Assembly (NCBI GenBank): GCA_951406725.2
Contig: OX597817.1
Span: 28,582,001-28,646,000, forward strand
Origin: Octopus vulgaris
Taxonomy: Eukaryota
Length of the DNA stretch: 64,000 nucleotides
Reading direction: 5' to 3'
Of this stretch, positions 38,946-50,828 are shown piece by piece (the first letter of the stretch is position 1; the number at the start of each line of letters is the position of its first letter). Under the pieces are notes generated by a model. It had not been told where the DNA came from. It saw only the letters and a program-made list of their open reading frames with translations, and did not search any database. The translations under genes and the position numbers were made by a program.

Positions 38946-41519
38946 TGAGGAAGGAGAGCAGGAGGATTATGATATTAAGGATTGTGACTTTTTGCATTGT
39001 TCTAAATTCTTGACTGTTAATGAAGAAATATGGTTAACTAATGGTTAAATAGTTCTAACTGGAGACAGAGTTCAAAATTCAAATTTCATGAGTGTAATTC
39101 ACTTACAGAATCATTCTTGTGTGTGCATGTGTGTGTGTCTGCATGAGGAAAAAAAAGGAAGTGGGAGAATATCTTTGTGTTTATAAGTTATTCACTTCAT
39201 ATCTAAAAGCTCTTAAAAATAATTTTTTAAAACCAATAAACAATTGTGTTTTTGTTTTAATGATGACAAACAGCAATTTCTTTAGAGAGGTGGCAGTCAA
39301 ACAATTGAGGATTTTGTTAAGTTATGAGGGAGAATATTAGTATTTATAGTTAATTGAAGGATACATATGCTCTACAAGTTATAATGAAAGTAAATCATAG
39401 GGGAAAGCGGTAACTCTCAATAAGAATCTGTTTAGAAGAGATATTCCCTTTACAGATAAGGCACTCTGCATTGGGGCATCAGCAACTCTTGAATAGAACT
39501 GACACAGTATTGAAGGAACATCTTAGTTTTGACAAACAATCTGTCTAGTGTTGATGGTACTATTGACTACATTCAGATCATACTGTAAAGTTGATACTAA
39601 GAAAGACATCAAGTCATTAAAATCATGCAGATATCACAAAAGTTAAAAACACATTACTAATGTTTACCATGTTAGTGCTGTGCATGTTATTTGAGTGGTC
39701 AAATGGAGAATAACTGAAAAACTGATTTATGAAACAGACATGCAGTCACTACTGGAAAGTCCATCATCTCGTCATGTACAAAACTTCAAAGTTGCTAAAC
39801 TTTTGCTGTTTGAAGAACAGCAAATTTAGAGAGATTATTTATAATTTCTCTAAATTTGATGCTGGGGCAGAAATGAGTAGATGTGCATTGTGTACAAGAG
39901 GTATGATGGAGAGCAACCTCAGTCAAGCATCACATGAGCATGGAACACAAGCATCACTTGGGAAAAGGAGAGAGGCACAGATTCTTCTAAGTTAGCAATA
40001 GGGTTTTGGTGAGTAGAGTAGACCTTGTTGTTGACAGAAAAATAGATTCATAAAGGAACTGAAGTAGCTAGAGCATGTGACAAAATAAATAAGTAAAGGC
40101 TATTTAAATACTGAGGTTATGTGAAAGCTGGAAAGAAATTTAGCGAGTAGTTTCTTTTGAGTTTGTAATGTTAGTATACATGAATGATGGATCATATATG
40201 AAGTGAGAGAAAAACTGGGTGTAAGAAAAATCATTTTTAGAGAATAAGAAAACTACATGGGTATGGGAATCAGATAAGTATGGCTGGTGATAGCTGGATA
40301 CAGAGGTATTCCAAGTGGAAAGAATGTTTGAAAGAGAAAAGAAAAAAAAAAGTGAGATAGACATGAGAAGAAATGAGGAGAGACAATCTCAATGCTGAAC
40401 CTCAAGAAAGAGATGATAAATTGTGACAACTCAGGTTGTTATGAAATAATTGCATAATGATGATGATGAAGAATTAAGCAATCACAATAGTTCTCAGAGT
40501 GAGAAAGGAATATATTTCAGTAATACTCATCAATTGCAATAACTTATATTACATGTATTTGTGTGTGTGTGTGTGCACGCACACACACACATACTTATAC
40601 AGATACGCATTCAAAGAAAAGAAGCTTGATTGTATTAAAAGTTGACAGATGCAAAGAGAATTTGACTAGATATAAATTCAAATTTAGAACTTTTTCAAAA
40701 CTGTAGTTGTTTGGGAAATGTGTAAAAGAGAATACTGATCACTAAAGATAGCAATTATAAAGAATTTGAAATTTAATTATAGCTTTTAGTTTCAAACTTG
40801 ACAACAATTAATGTTTCAAGTGAGTTAAACTTGCATAAGTTCTTTTCTCTCCATTATTGCATTGCAGGTAGATTTTTAGATATAAAATACAAAAATAAAA
40901 CTAAAATGATTCAACTGAATTATGATCTTTCATGTTTGTCAAAGATACCAAATTCTTCATTTTAGAGAATTTCCTGATTGTATTATACTTGCTATTAGGT
41001 TTCTCCTATCTTAAGTAAAAAGCGAGCTTCTGTTGAATCGATAGATCTATATTGCCATAGCCCATTTTAGAAGTCTACGGATTTCTGGAAATTCCATATA
41101 TTTCTCCTTTAACATCAATATATAAAGAATTTCTGGCAACTTTTTCAATCTACCCTTTTAGTGGTAGTATATTTGCCAAAAGCTGAAATCTCAATGTGGT
41201 ATTAATTCGTAGACATTCAAAGTAAACTAGTGCATCAAATAGATTGCAGTATACTTTGTTCTTCAGGTCATGTAAAAGATTCAGTCAATGGTATTCTCTT
41301 GAAATATTGGATGTAGTGTGTATGTGAGTGTGTGTGAAGAGTTAAAAGAAAATTTTTCCTCTATAACACTTATTTTTGAGTAATATGCATATATCTTGAG
41401 AATTCTTTTGTTTTAGCTTTATCATGCATGAGTGGGAGCAAGTATGCAAATGCATGTTTGCAAATATGTATAAATGCATATAAATGTGTGTGCAGAAATG
41501 TGTGTATGTGTGTGTGGAG

Positions 41520-41742
41520 AAGTATGTATGGTATTTATATATATATGTGTGTGTGTATCTATATATATATATATATATATGTATATGTGTGTGTATCTAT
41601 ATATATATATATATATGTATATGTGTGTGTATCTATATATGTATATATATATATATATGTGTGTGTATCTATATATGCATATATTTATATGTATATATAT
41701 GTGTGTGTATCTATATATATGTGTATCTATATATTTGTGTGT

Positions 41743-41778
<36 letters not shown>

Positions 41779-41915
41779 ATATATGTATATATGTGTGTGT
41801 ATATATGTATATATGTGTGTGTATATATGTATATATGTGTGTGTATCTATATATGTATATATATGTGTGTATCTATATATATGTATATATATATATATGT
41901 GTATCTATATATATA

Positions 41916-41959
<44 letters not shown>

Positions 41960-42029
41960 TGGTTTTATACATTCATATAGATATATATATTTAAATATAT
42001 ATATTATATACATACAATATATTTATAGA

Positions 42030-42062
<33 letters not shown>

Positions 42063-42123
42063 CAATATATTATATATGTATATTCTATATATATATATAT
42101 ATGTATATTCTATATATATATAG
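41520..42123. repeat. About 600-bp compound TA/TG microsatellite with higher-order unit (gtgtgtatctatatat...)
   Basis: Direct reading. Explains the 160-219 aa ORFs. Confidence 0.95.
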
Positions 42124-42528
42124 AACGGGACGACACTGCATAGTGCCAAAGATCCCACCAACGCCATTGCACTTCAGGACCAGTTACTGCAACATACATG
42201 CACACTTACGTGTGTGTGTTTGTATGTTCACTATCTTAATTTTTTTGTGTGTATACAGTACTACATTATTGAATGTGCTGATTCCTAACTTTTAGAGAAA
42301 AGATAAATAGTGAAATATGAAAGGGAAGTGAAAAATTTAGTTAAATATTTATAAGAAAAATCGAAAATTAGAGAATAGTGAAATGTAAGTGCTTTGATTT
42401 TATATCCTCACTATATGTGAACAGCATTACCGACATCTCTTTTAAATTTTAATTGCTGCTACATTATTATTTTGACGAGTGAAAATACACAGAAGTGATA
42501 TGAAAGTAAATCTAAATATGAAGATAGA

Positions 42529-42562
<34 letters not shown>

Positions 42563-42955
42563 AGAGTAAACACATAAATGTGAAACAAGGGGGAAAAAGA
42601 GTACTCAAATACCAGAGGTAGAGTAATATATATGACTGGATATGATCACAATCAATAAGACCTGGAGAAAGAAAGTGGGACAGAGGGAGAGATCTGTGTA
42701 TTTTGAGCAAAGATGGTTCTTCAAAATGAACAGTCAAAGCAACATTTTGATTAAAGTATATTAAACTGGATTTATTAAAATTTATCAATGTTTTTTGATT
42801 GGTTGAAAAGGAAAGCTGTCCTTCCTATGTTAAAGTCATGCATTTTCCTGGAGGGATCCTCAGTGATAGTGGAGCCTAGCACTTGAAGTGATTATGAAGG
42901 ACCTAATTGCATGCTGCTCATGTATAAGGGATGTTGGGGTGTGGTGCAATATTTA

Positions 42956-43335
42956 TCTTTTACTTGTTTCAGTCATTTGACTGCAGCCATGCTGGGGCAC
43001 TGCCCTGAAGGGTTTTAGTCGAACAAATCAACCTCAGTACTTATCTTTTAAGCTTTGTAATTATTCTATTGGTCTCTTTTGTCAAACTGTTAAGTTACAG
43101 GGATGTAAACATGCCACTGCTGGTTGTCAAGTGATGTGTGTGTGGGTGGGGCAAACACGGACACAAAGACACGTGCACACTCACATTATGGGCTTCTTTC
43201 AGTTTCCATCGACCGAATCCACTTACAAGGTTTTGATCAGTTTATGACTATAATAGAAAACACTTACTCAAGATGTCATATAGTGGGACTGAACCCGGAA
43301 CCATGTGGTTTGGAAACAAGCTTCAGCTTGCACCT
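42956..43335 (-). mobile_element. tRNA-derived SINE
   Basis: Reverse-complement homolog of the 23312 element. B-box-like GGGTTCAGTCCC, tail tcttttacttgtttcagtc. Confidence 0.8.
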
Positions 43336-43508
43336 ATGATTTATGCTAACTTGATTTGAGAAGGTTTTTTCTCATATCAGTTTATGGAATAAGTACAGAT
43401 TTGGCATGGTATGTCTAAAGTACATGTGGATGAAACTTGGGTGAGAAAAGTTAGCTGGTAAAGAAAGGGTGGTATCCTTGGTATAGGAATGGTCATTGTT
43501 GATGTTAT

Positions 43509-43921
43509 AATAATGTTCGTCCTTCGGTTCGAAGATGACCAACTGACATCATCTGATGGAACTGCCGCCATGAGACCTGAGGTGGCTGGTGAGGCCAATC
43601 CGGGCAAGGAAGCCCCTCCCACAGGTGGGGCAGAAGTGGGTAGGGGCCGTGCTACTGGTGCAGGCGGCTCTGGCTTTATGCATCTGACGTTTCTGCTCCA
43701 CTGACCGAATCCGTCCCTCCTCGGCTGTCCCTGCTCCCACGGTGATTGCGCTGTGCCAGGATGAGCGGTTGGCAGCAAGTGTCTCCCAGGTCTCTGTTCC
43801 GATGGAGAAGTCTTTGAGAGAGACCTTGAGACTATCCTTGTAGTGCTTCTTCTGCCCTCCGACTTTGCGCCTGCCCTGGCCGAGTTCACCGTAGAAGAGC
43901 TGTTTTGGGATGCGAGTGTCG
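43509..43921 (-). mobile_element. Young 5'-truncated RTE LINE with intact C-terminal ORF and C2H2-like finger
   Basis: Uninterrupted frame DTRIPKQLFYGELGQGRRKVGGQKKHYKDSLKVSLKDFSIGTETWETLAANRSSWHSAIT...FCPTCGRGFLARIGLTSHLRSH. TSD GATGTTAT at 43501-43508 and 43922-43929, short (ATT) tail. Confidence 0.92.
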
Positions 43922-44412
43922 GATGTTATGGCAAGTAAGTCAGTGATGTATTAGTAGAAGAATGTGGAAGACAAATTTGGACACAATTAACATGGAGTAC
44001 ACCAGGCTTTATAGAATTTGTATCTAAGGAAACTCCATCTGCATATATTGTGATAGTGCTATTTGATAGGAAACCAACAATCTAAAAGATAAGAGATAGA
44101 TGCCAGACATAGTCAAAAGATTACTGTCATGTGTAACAATTCTGTCTTCACTAAATTTCCACTGGTAAGCAAGTCTCCAGTAGGACTAGCTTTAAAAAAA
44201 GTAGGACTAGCGGTCACTGGCGAGAGATTCGAGTTTGCAGAACTAGTTGTTGTTAATGGCTGTCTCCATATTTTTTGAGATGAAGGTAGTGATTGTGTTA
44301 TGAAAATATTTAGAAGGGTCATACCAATGTTATCATGTTTGAGAATGCAACACATTTTAACATGTTTCCAGAAATTAGAATATATCTCTATACAAAGAAA
44401 GGAGGAGGCAAA

Positions 44413-44445
<33 letters not shown>

Positions 44446-44683
44446 AAACTGGAAAGTTTGGCAAGTGTGGAACTCACATGGAGATGCATTATTTGAGTAT
44501 AATGAAAGGGAGATTACCAAGGCTAATTGGCTTTATTTGTGGCATCAATTAGAGGTACTTTTGCACTTGGTGTATATTCTGCAAATTAGTGAGGTATGTG
44601 GTGCGGAGAGAAGTAGTTTTAGAAAAGATTCATCTGGTGTGTGCAGTGTAGAGTTGGTTATGAAACAGCCAGTGAATGTAGAG

Positions 44684-45228
44684 CAGTGTTTCTCAACCAG
44701 GGTTCCGTAGAACCTTAGAGTTCTGCAAAAGATTCCTAGGGGCTCCATGAGAAAGAGTGAGATAAGCTAATGCTAAATTCATGATATATATATATAAAAT
44801 TATATATCGTCGTGGCACTCCATTGGTTAAGATGACGAGGGTTCCAGTTGATCTGATCAACACAATAGCCTGCTCGTGAAATTAACATGCAAGTCGCTGA
44901 GCACTCCACAGACGTGTACCTTTAACGTAGTTCTCAGGGAGATTCAGCATGACACAGAGTGACAAGGCTGGCCCTTTGTTGAAAGAGTACAGCAGGGTTC
45001 GCCACCGACCCCTGCTGGAGCCTTATGGAGCGTTAGGTGTTGTCGCTCAATAAACACTTACAACATCCGGCTTGGAAATCGAAACAGCAATCCCACGACT
45101 ATGAATCTGCTGCTCTAACCACTGGGCCATGTGAACTATGAGGTAAAAAATATGTGAAAGATATGTTATATAATATTTTTTTTTCCTTGTGCAATTTATT
45201 TTAAGGGTAAAAACATCGAGAAACACTG
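44684..45228. mobile_element. hAT MITE with nested SINE
   Basis: TIR CAGTGTTTCTC...GAGAAACACTG. 8-bp flanks ATGTAGAG and ATGTAAAA (6/8 match). Confidence 0.8.
44807..45133 (-). mobile_element. tRNA-derived SINE of a second family, nested in the hAT MITE
   Basis: Minus-strand head TGGCCCAGTGGTTAGAGC (A box) ... GTTTCGATTTCC (B-box-like). Confidence 0.8.
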
Positions 45229-47069
45229 ATGTAAAAGCTTTCTTTTTTTTGAGAATACTTTTCTCATAAAACTATCATGGTTGAAAAGTGGAGGAAAGGA
45301 ATATTTCACAAAGTTAGTAGAGATTCTTTTGGCAGTGGAGTGGATTGAAAGGATCAGTTGCAGTTAGGGAGAAAGGAGAGATTAAGGGCTGCTATGCTTT
45401 GAAGATGTTCATATGGAGATCTAATACAAACCATAAAAATTGCATTTCAAAATTTGTAGGCTGCATGTACTTTCAAATTTGAAGGCTGTTTCTGTGTAGG
45501 TTATGACTGGTGAAAATAACAGTTTTGTAGAGATTAAGTGCTAGAAATATCAGCCAAAATTTTCATCAAATCACACCTTACTACCTTAAAAAGGGACATA
45601 GTGAACTTATGTAGTCCTAAATGTATCTTATCTAAGATGGAATGGTCACCATTGGAATACATTTGATCACAGGTCTGCTCTGATAAGTCTGAACTCAGGC
45701 TAAATAACAACTATATAATTTTAATATTGTCTTAGAAATCGTTATTTATTACTATTATTATTGCTGCTCAATTCATCCAAATTCTCTTTGAAACTACATT
45801 TCTATGTTGATTCAATGCTCATGCAGATACAGAGAATTGTTTGTATATAACTTCATTGCATGTTAAATTATTGAAATACTTCAAGACAAAGTTTGGTTCA
45901 GGATAAATTCATATATTTATGAAACTTTTAGACAATCTATACAAATATTTGTTCTACTGTTAAAACTGATCATCACCCATATTCTACTTTAGCATTTCAT
46001 AACATTGCATTGAATGTAGTGAACCTAAATATCCAACTGTTCTCTTAAATTTTCCTCAAACAATATTAGCAGTTTCTATGAAACATATCAAGCTTATAAC
46101 ATTTCTACAGGTTGCATGCCATTTTTGTTTTTCCATTTGAAAGTTTGATATTCAATAAAAGTGACAACACCTTTTATAATTCAAATTGACTATTATATCT
46201 ATCTTATTTCTTCTCTGTTCTACACTATACATATTGTTAATGCCAAGAGCATGTCTCTATGTGTATGTTCAGCCACAGTGCATTGATAAAAGTCCTTAAT
46301 GGAATGGAATGATACTACATAAACCAATAATATCTTCTCTATCTTTAATAAAATATTCTGTCTATCATTTTACTGTCCTGTCCTTCTTGAGTTATAATAA
46401 ATATATATTTTAGCTTGTTTTATTGGCCCATGCCCTGCAGTCTTCACAATTACTCTCTACCAGTAACAGTAGGGCACTGTTATAGCTCAAATATATGCTT
46501 ATGATTTTACACCAAGACGCAAAAAGGTGGTTTCGTTGTTGCTATTGTAGGGTACTGCTTACTTTAAAGTTCACACCATTTGTTACCATTATTTGTCTTA
46601 GTGAGAAAATATTTGTCAGTTAGTCCATCTTGTGAACTTTATTGAATTGATTTTTGTTGATGTAGTGCATCATTGATCCCAGCCAATTCTTGTGGATACT
46701 TTAGATTAGTGACTTTTTTCAAAAATCACATATGACCAACGATCAAATAAGACAGTATATTCTTTTTAATTGTCAATTAATTAGATCAACAATAAACACT
46801 TATTAAAAAAATGCCGAAACAATCGTTGTGATAAATAAATTTTCCAGTATACTCTATCTTCCATATTAATTATTTCTACTATACTCAATGTGCACCAAGG
46901 AATTCGTAACCTAGACCCAACAGTGAATGTGTATTTACTGTGGATGACTCCAGGTAGCCATAAGAGGTGAATGTGTGCTGCCAGAACACTGCTAGAGACA
47001 TACCCACAATACAGCTTACATGCTAACTTTTAAATTTCAAATCTAAACTTTAATTATAACTTACATATA

Positions 47070-47320
47070 TCAACACCATTTAACACCTGTTGTCAATTCT
47101 GGTATGGGTTGGGCACTTTGACTGGGCTGGCATGCTGGATGGCTGTGCCAGGATTCAGTCTGATTTGGCATGGTTTTCTGTGGCTGGATACCCTTCTTCA
47201 TGCCAACCACTCTGAGAGTGTAACAGGTGCATTTACATTGCCAGTGGTGTGGCTGCCATTTGCGTTTCACCAGTATCTGCCATGACTATGATTTTACTTG
47301 GCTTGACGGGTCTTCTTCTC
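47070..47320 (-). mobile_element. RTE LINE 3' end
   Basis: Minus strand ends ...EKKTRQAK* followed by the shared 3' UTR motifs. Confidence 0.7.
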
Positions 47321-47358
<38 letters not shown>

Positions 47359-47603
47359 TAGCTGTCCAGCCTGCCAGCATGGACAACAGACGTGAAATGA
47401 TTATATATATATAGTCTTTCTTACTTCCTCCATTTTTCTCCCTCTGGCCAGGCCTCCAAGGGTTCATCACACACACACACACACATGCTTGCACCACACA
47501 TGCATGTATGCACATACCTACAAATACATACACATACATATGTATGCATACATACACACACACACTTCCAGATTTATATAAAAGGCATAACACTTTCTTT
47601 AAA

Positions 47604-47659
47604 AATTCATATCTGATGAGTCTCAGAAATAAATGAGAGGAAAATAGTAATATATAATT
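47604..47659 (+). ncRNA. Degenerate minimal hammerhead ribozyme motif
   Basis: aattcATAT-CTGATGA-g TCTCA gaaataaa TGAGA g-GAAA a TA GTA-ATAT. Two positions deviate from the expected C. Confidence 0.5.
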
Positions 47660-47712
47660 ACCCAAAATTCTGACTACCCCTCTTTTCTAACCATACACTT
47701 CTCTATCTCTGC

Positions 47713-47996
47713 ATGCCGATGCCAGCGCCGCCTTGGCTGGCTTCCATGCCGGTGGCACGTTAAAAGCACCAACCGATCATGGCCGATGCCAGACGCCCCC
47801 TGGCACCTGTGCCGGTGGCACGTAAAAAGCACCCACTACACTCGCGGAGTGGTTGGCGTTAGGAAGGGCATCCAGCTGTAGAAACACTGCTAGATCAGAC
47901 TGGAGCCTGGTGCAGCCCCTGGCTTCCCAGACCCTGGTCGAACCGTCCAACCCATGCTAGCGTGGAAAACGGATGTTAAACGATGATGATGATGAT
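47713..47996 (+). mobile_element. Young RTE LINE 3' UTR (CpG-rich)
   Basis: Two subrepeats with tgccggtggcacgt(t/a)aaaagcacc, then ggttggcgttaggaagggcatccagctgtagaaac and a (GAT)n tail. Confidence 0.8.
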
Positions 47997-49047
47997 ATAT
48001 ATATATATTTATATGTATGTGTAGAGAGAGTAAGAGAGATGGATATTCAGTTTTATGTACAATTTATTATCACCCAAAGTTTGTATTTAGAACATTATAT
48101 TACTGTTTTGAATATATTCACATCTGTGCAACCACAATTTTCTTACTCAGTTAAAATATCGAATGTTATTTAAATATAAGTTGATAATTAAATGATATAT
48201 ATTTCAGAACTGTTCATCTAATATGTACAATGTAGTATCTTAATATGAAAATTTTAGTGACAATTGATATTTGAATATAAAGTTAATGCAATTTTGATTG
48301 CGATAAGTACATTTTATTTTTATTTTCTCTCTCGGCCCTCAATGATATGTCAGATAAACAGATAAACTTATTGGATAAGTCCTCTGGCTATAATTTGTAA
48401 TTAAATATATGGGTGAATATTTAAAATGAAATAGTTGAGTGCAGACAGACTTATTGATAATATCATTATCATTTTTATAGCATTCATTGTTATTAAAATA
48501 TGTAAGTGTTTCATAGTCACTCTCTTGGAAAAATAGAATTTCTTTAACACAGACATAAACACAATTGTTACACATACAAATTCACAGCAGGAAGAGTATT
48601 TTCTTTTATTCATTCTCTGCTTTCAGCCACTGGAATGAAGTAAAGTTAGGGTACAATCTTCAGGGCTTTTAGTTGATTCTTTTGACTAGAAATTTGAGTG
48701 GTACTTATTTTAACAACTTCTGTTTATCAAATGATGAAGTTTAACAGCAGGATATACCTCAGCAAACTAAATACCGCCTGATATCACATGGTGTTTTCAT
48801 TCAGTATACATATTAACTGGCTATCCTTTGGTGATATACATATGCACACCTCGTGTATGTATTTTTGTGCAGTGATTAACACTGCCATATGGTTTAAATT
48901 AGACATGCTGTTTAAGTCCCACAGTTGATATCAGAATATTTTGACACTTTGCTTTACATGTACACACACACACACACATACACACACACGCACAAATATG
49001 TGTATAAGACAATACTTACATTTGAAAGGTGCTTCTAATTCTTTCAG

Positions 49048-49326
49048 CTTCGGTGTATGTTGATTTGACTATGAAGAAATGATGTCATCAAATGATGCCC
49101 AATGATCACTGCATGTTTCTACCATGAGCTATAAACTATAAAACTCTATTAGCAAGTCATTGACATTTTTTTTTATGTAAGGTTTTATTGGCCATCTGTT
49201 AATATACACACACATACAGTGCTAATAGGGTTTTATAGTTTATAGCTCATGGTTGGAACATACAATGATCATTGGGCACCATTTGATAACATCATTATTC
49301 TATAGACAAAGCAACATACACCAAAG
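49048..49326. repeat. Inverted repeat, about 107-bp arms and 65-bp spacer
   Basis: 49048-49154 is the approximate reverse complement of 49220-49326 (accatgagctataaactataaaac / gttttatagtttatagctcatggt). Confidence 0.9.
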
Positions 49327-49855
49327 TGAGATTGTAGTTGTGGCCAATGTCAGGCCAAGTGAGATCGTAGTCATGGCCAATGCCTGTGTCGCACAACTGG
49401 CCCATTTGAAAGTACCCTTCAGTCGTTGGGCAATATGGTATGCTTGTGAAGAGCTGTTGAAACAAGTAAAATTGTTGTCATGGCACGTAAAAAGCAGCAT
49501 TCAAGTGTAGCCGATGCCAGTGCAGCCTGACTGGTACCGTTGTTGGTGGCATGTAAAAAGTACCATTTGAGTATGGTTGATACCAATGCCGCCTGACTTG
49601 CACCTGTGCCAGTGGCACATAAAAAGTACCATTTGAGCATAGCTAATGCCCTTGTCACCTGACTGGCTCCCATACCAGTCCCACATAAAAAACACCCACT
49701 AAACTCTCAGAGTGGTTGGTATTAGGAAGGGCATCCAGCTGTAGAAACCTTGCCAAATCATATTGGAGCCTGGTACAGCCTCCCGGCTTACCAGTTCTCT
49801 GTTAAACCATCCAACCCATGCCAGTAGGGAAAGCAGATGTTAAATGATGACGAGG
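49327..49855 (+). mobile_element. RTE LINE 3' UTR with expanded tandem subrepeats
   Basis: Four or more subunits ending gcac(g/a)taaaaagYacc-like, plus the shared tail motif. Confidence 0.8.
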
Positions 49856-49873
49856 ATATGTATAGTACATATA

Positions 49874-49911
<38 letters not shown>

Positions 49912-50432
49912 TGCTAAAGTAAGCATGGATCATAGAAATAAATCTTTTTCATCAAGGGTAGTTAGCACTGTGGTAAAAAGTCTGCCACAAGAATGATCTT
50001 CAAGAATGTTTGGAGGCAGAAAAGACAGGTAGACAATAACAGACATAAGGAATGTATTCAGATAGAGACAGTTATGTGGTGTAATGAAGCCTTATCTTCG
50101 CATCTGATTCAGTTAATCACTGACTGATGCTGAAACTATGCAAATGATGAAATGAAGTTCAATAATATTGTAGGTGTATTAGCTAGCATGAATTTTAAGA
50201 GACTCATGAGATGAAGTTATATAACCCTCGTCAGAAGACATTGGCAAACAGCTTAATAGAAAACAGTGTTTATAAATATATGTAAGTTCAAAAGAGTAGA
50301 AAGATATGAAGAGTAGAGGAAGATATGAAAGATAGAGCAAAAGGAGAGGAAGGAAAAGGTTATCGTAATTGATAGAGAGTTAGTTTACTATGTCAGTTAA
50401 TGGAATCAGTTAAATGGCACCACAAATAAAAA

Positions 50433-50828
50433 TCTTTATATATAAAAGAGAAGTTGTGTGTCTGTCTCCTACGATTTAGATTCCTAACTACTCCCACATT
50501 TTGCGGTGCAGTTTAACCAAAACCGGGTATCTTATAGTCGTGATTCATATTGAGCCCTTCTGGGTATTAGCGCACGTCTACGATGAGTCTACGATTTTAA
50601 AAAAATTTACCATCATGTTTTTCCATTTTAATGCATTTTTTCGCTATTATATAAGGGAAGTAACTCTCTAAAAATGTCTACAATGAGTCAACGATTTAAA
50701 AAAAAATTTACCATAATTTGTTTTCCATTTTTAATGCATTTCTTTGCTATTTTTGGCTATAACTCTCTAAAAATGCTTATATAGTTATTTCTCTTACAAA
50801 CCCGAGCAACGCCGTGCGATACTGCTAG
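50433..50828 (+). mobile_element. Non-autonomous Helitron
   Basis: A|TC 5' end, 3' hairpin cccgagcaacgccgtg, CTAG|T end, internal tandem duplication of about 100 bp. The 3' end is homologous to the 4964 element. Confidence 0.82.

Noticed and set aside
41428-42143. Longest ORFs (160-219 aa, YI/CV-rich)
   Set aside because: Translations of TA/TG microsatellite. The same applies to the ORFs at 12765-13202, 25275-25640 and 29873-30252.
43377-43889. 170-aa minus ORF and 71-aa plus ORF
   Set aside because: Alternative frames of the GC-rich RTE fragment. The true frame is the RIPKQLFYGEL one.
45060-45133. tRNA-like sequence
   Set aside because: SINE head with A/B boxes but no intact cloverleaf. 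It continues into a SINE body.
48731-48781. ATGATGA...CTGA C/D-like pair
   Set aside because: Only about 50 nt, no clear terminal stem or antisense guide, and adjacent to a decayed SINE.
49480-49700. Regularly spaced repeats resembling a CRISPR array
   Set aside because: Eukaryotic context, the 'spacers' are homologous to one another, there are no cas genes, and these are RTE 3' UTR subrepeats.
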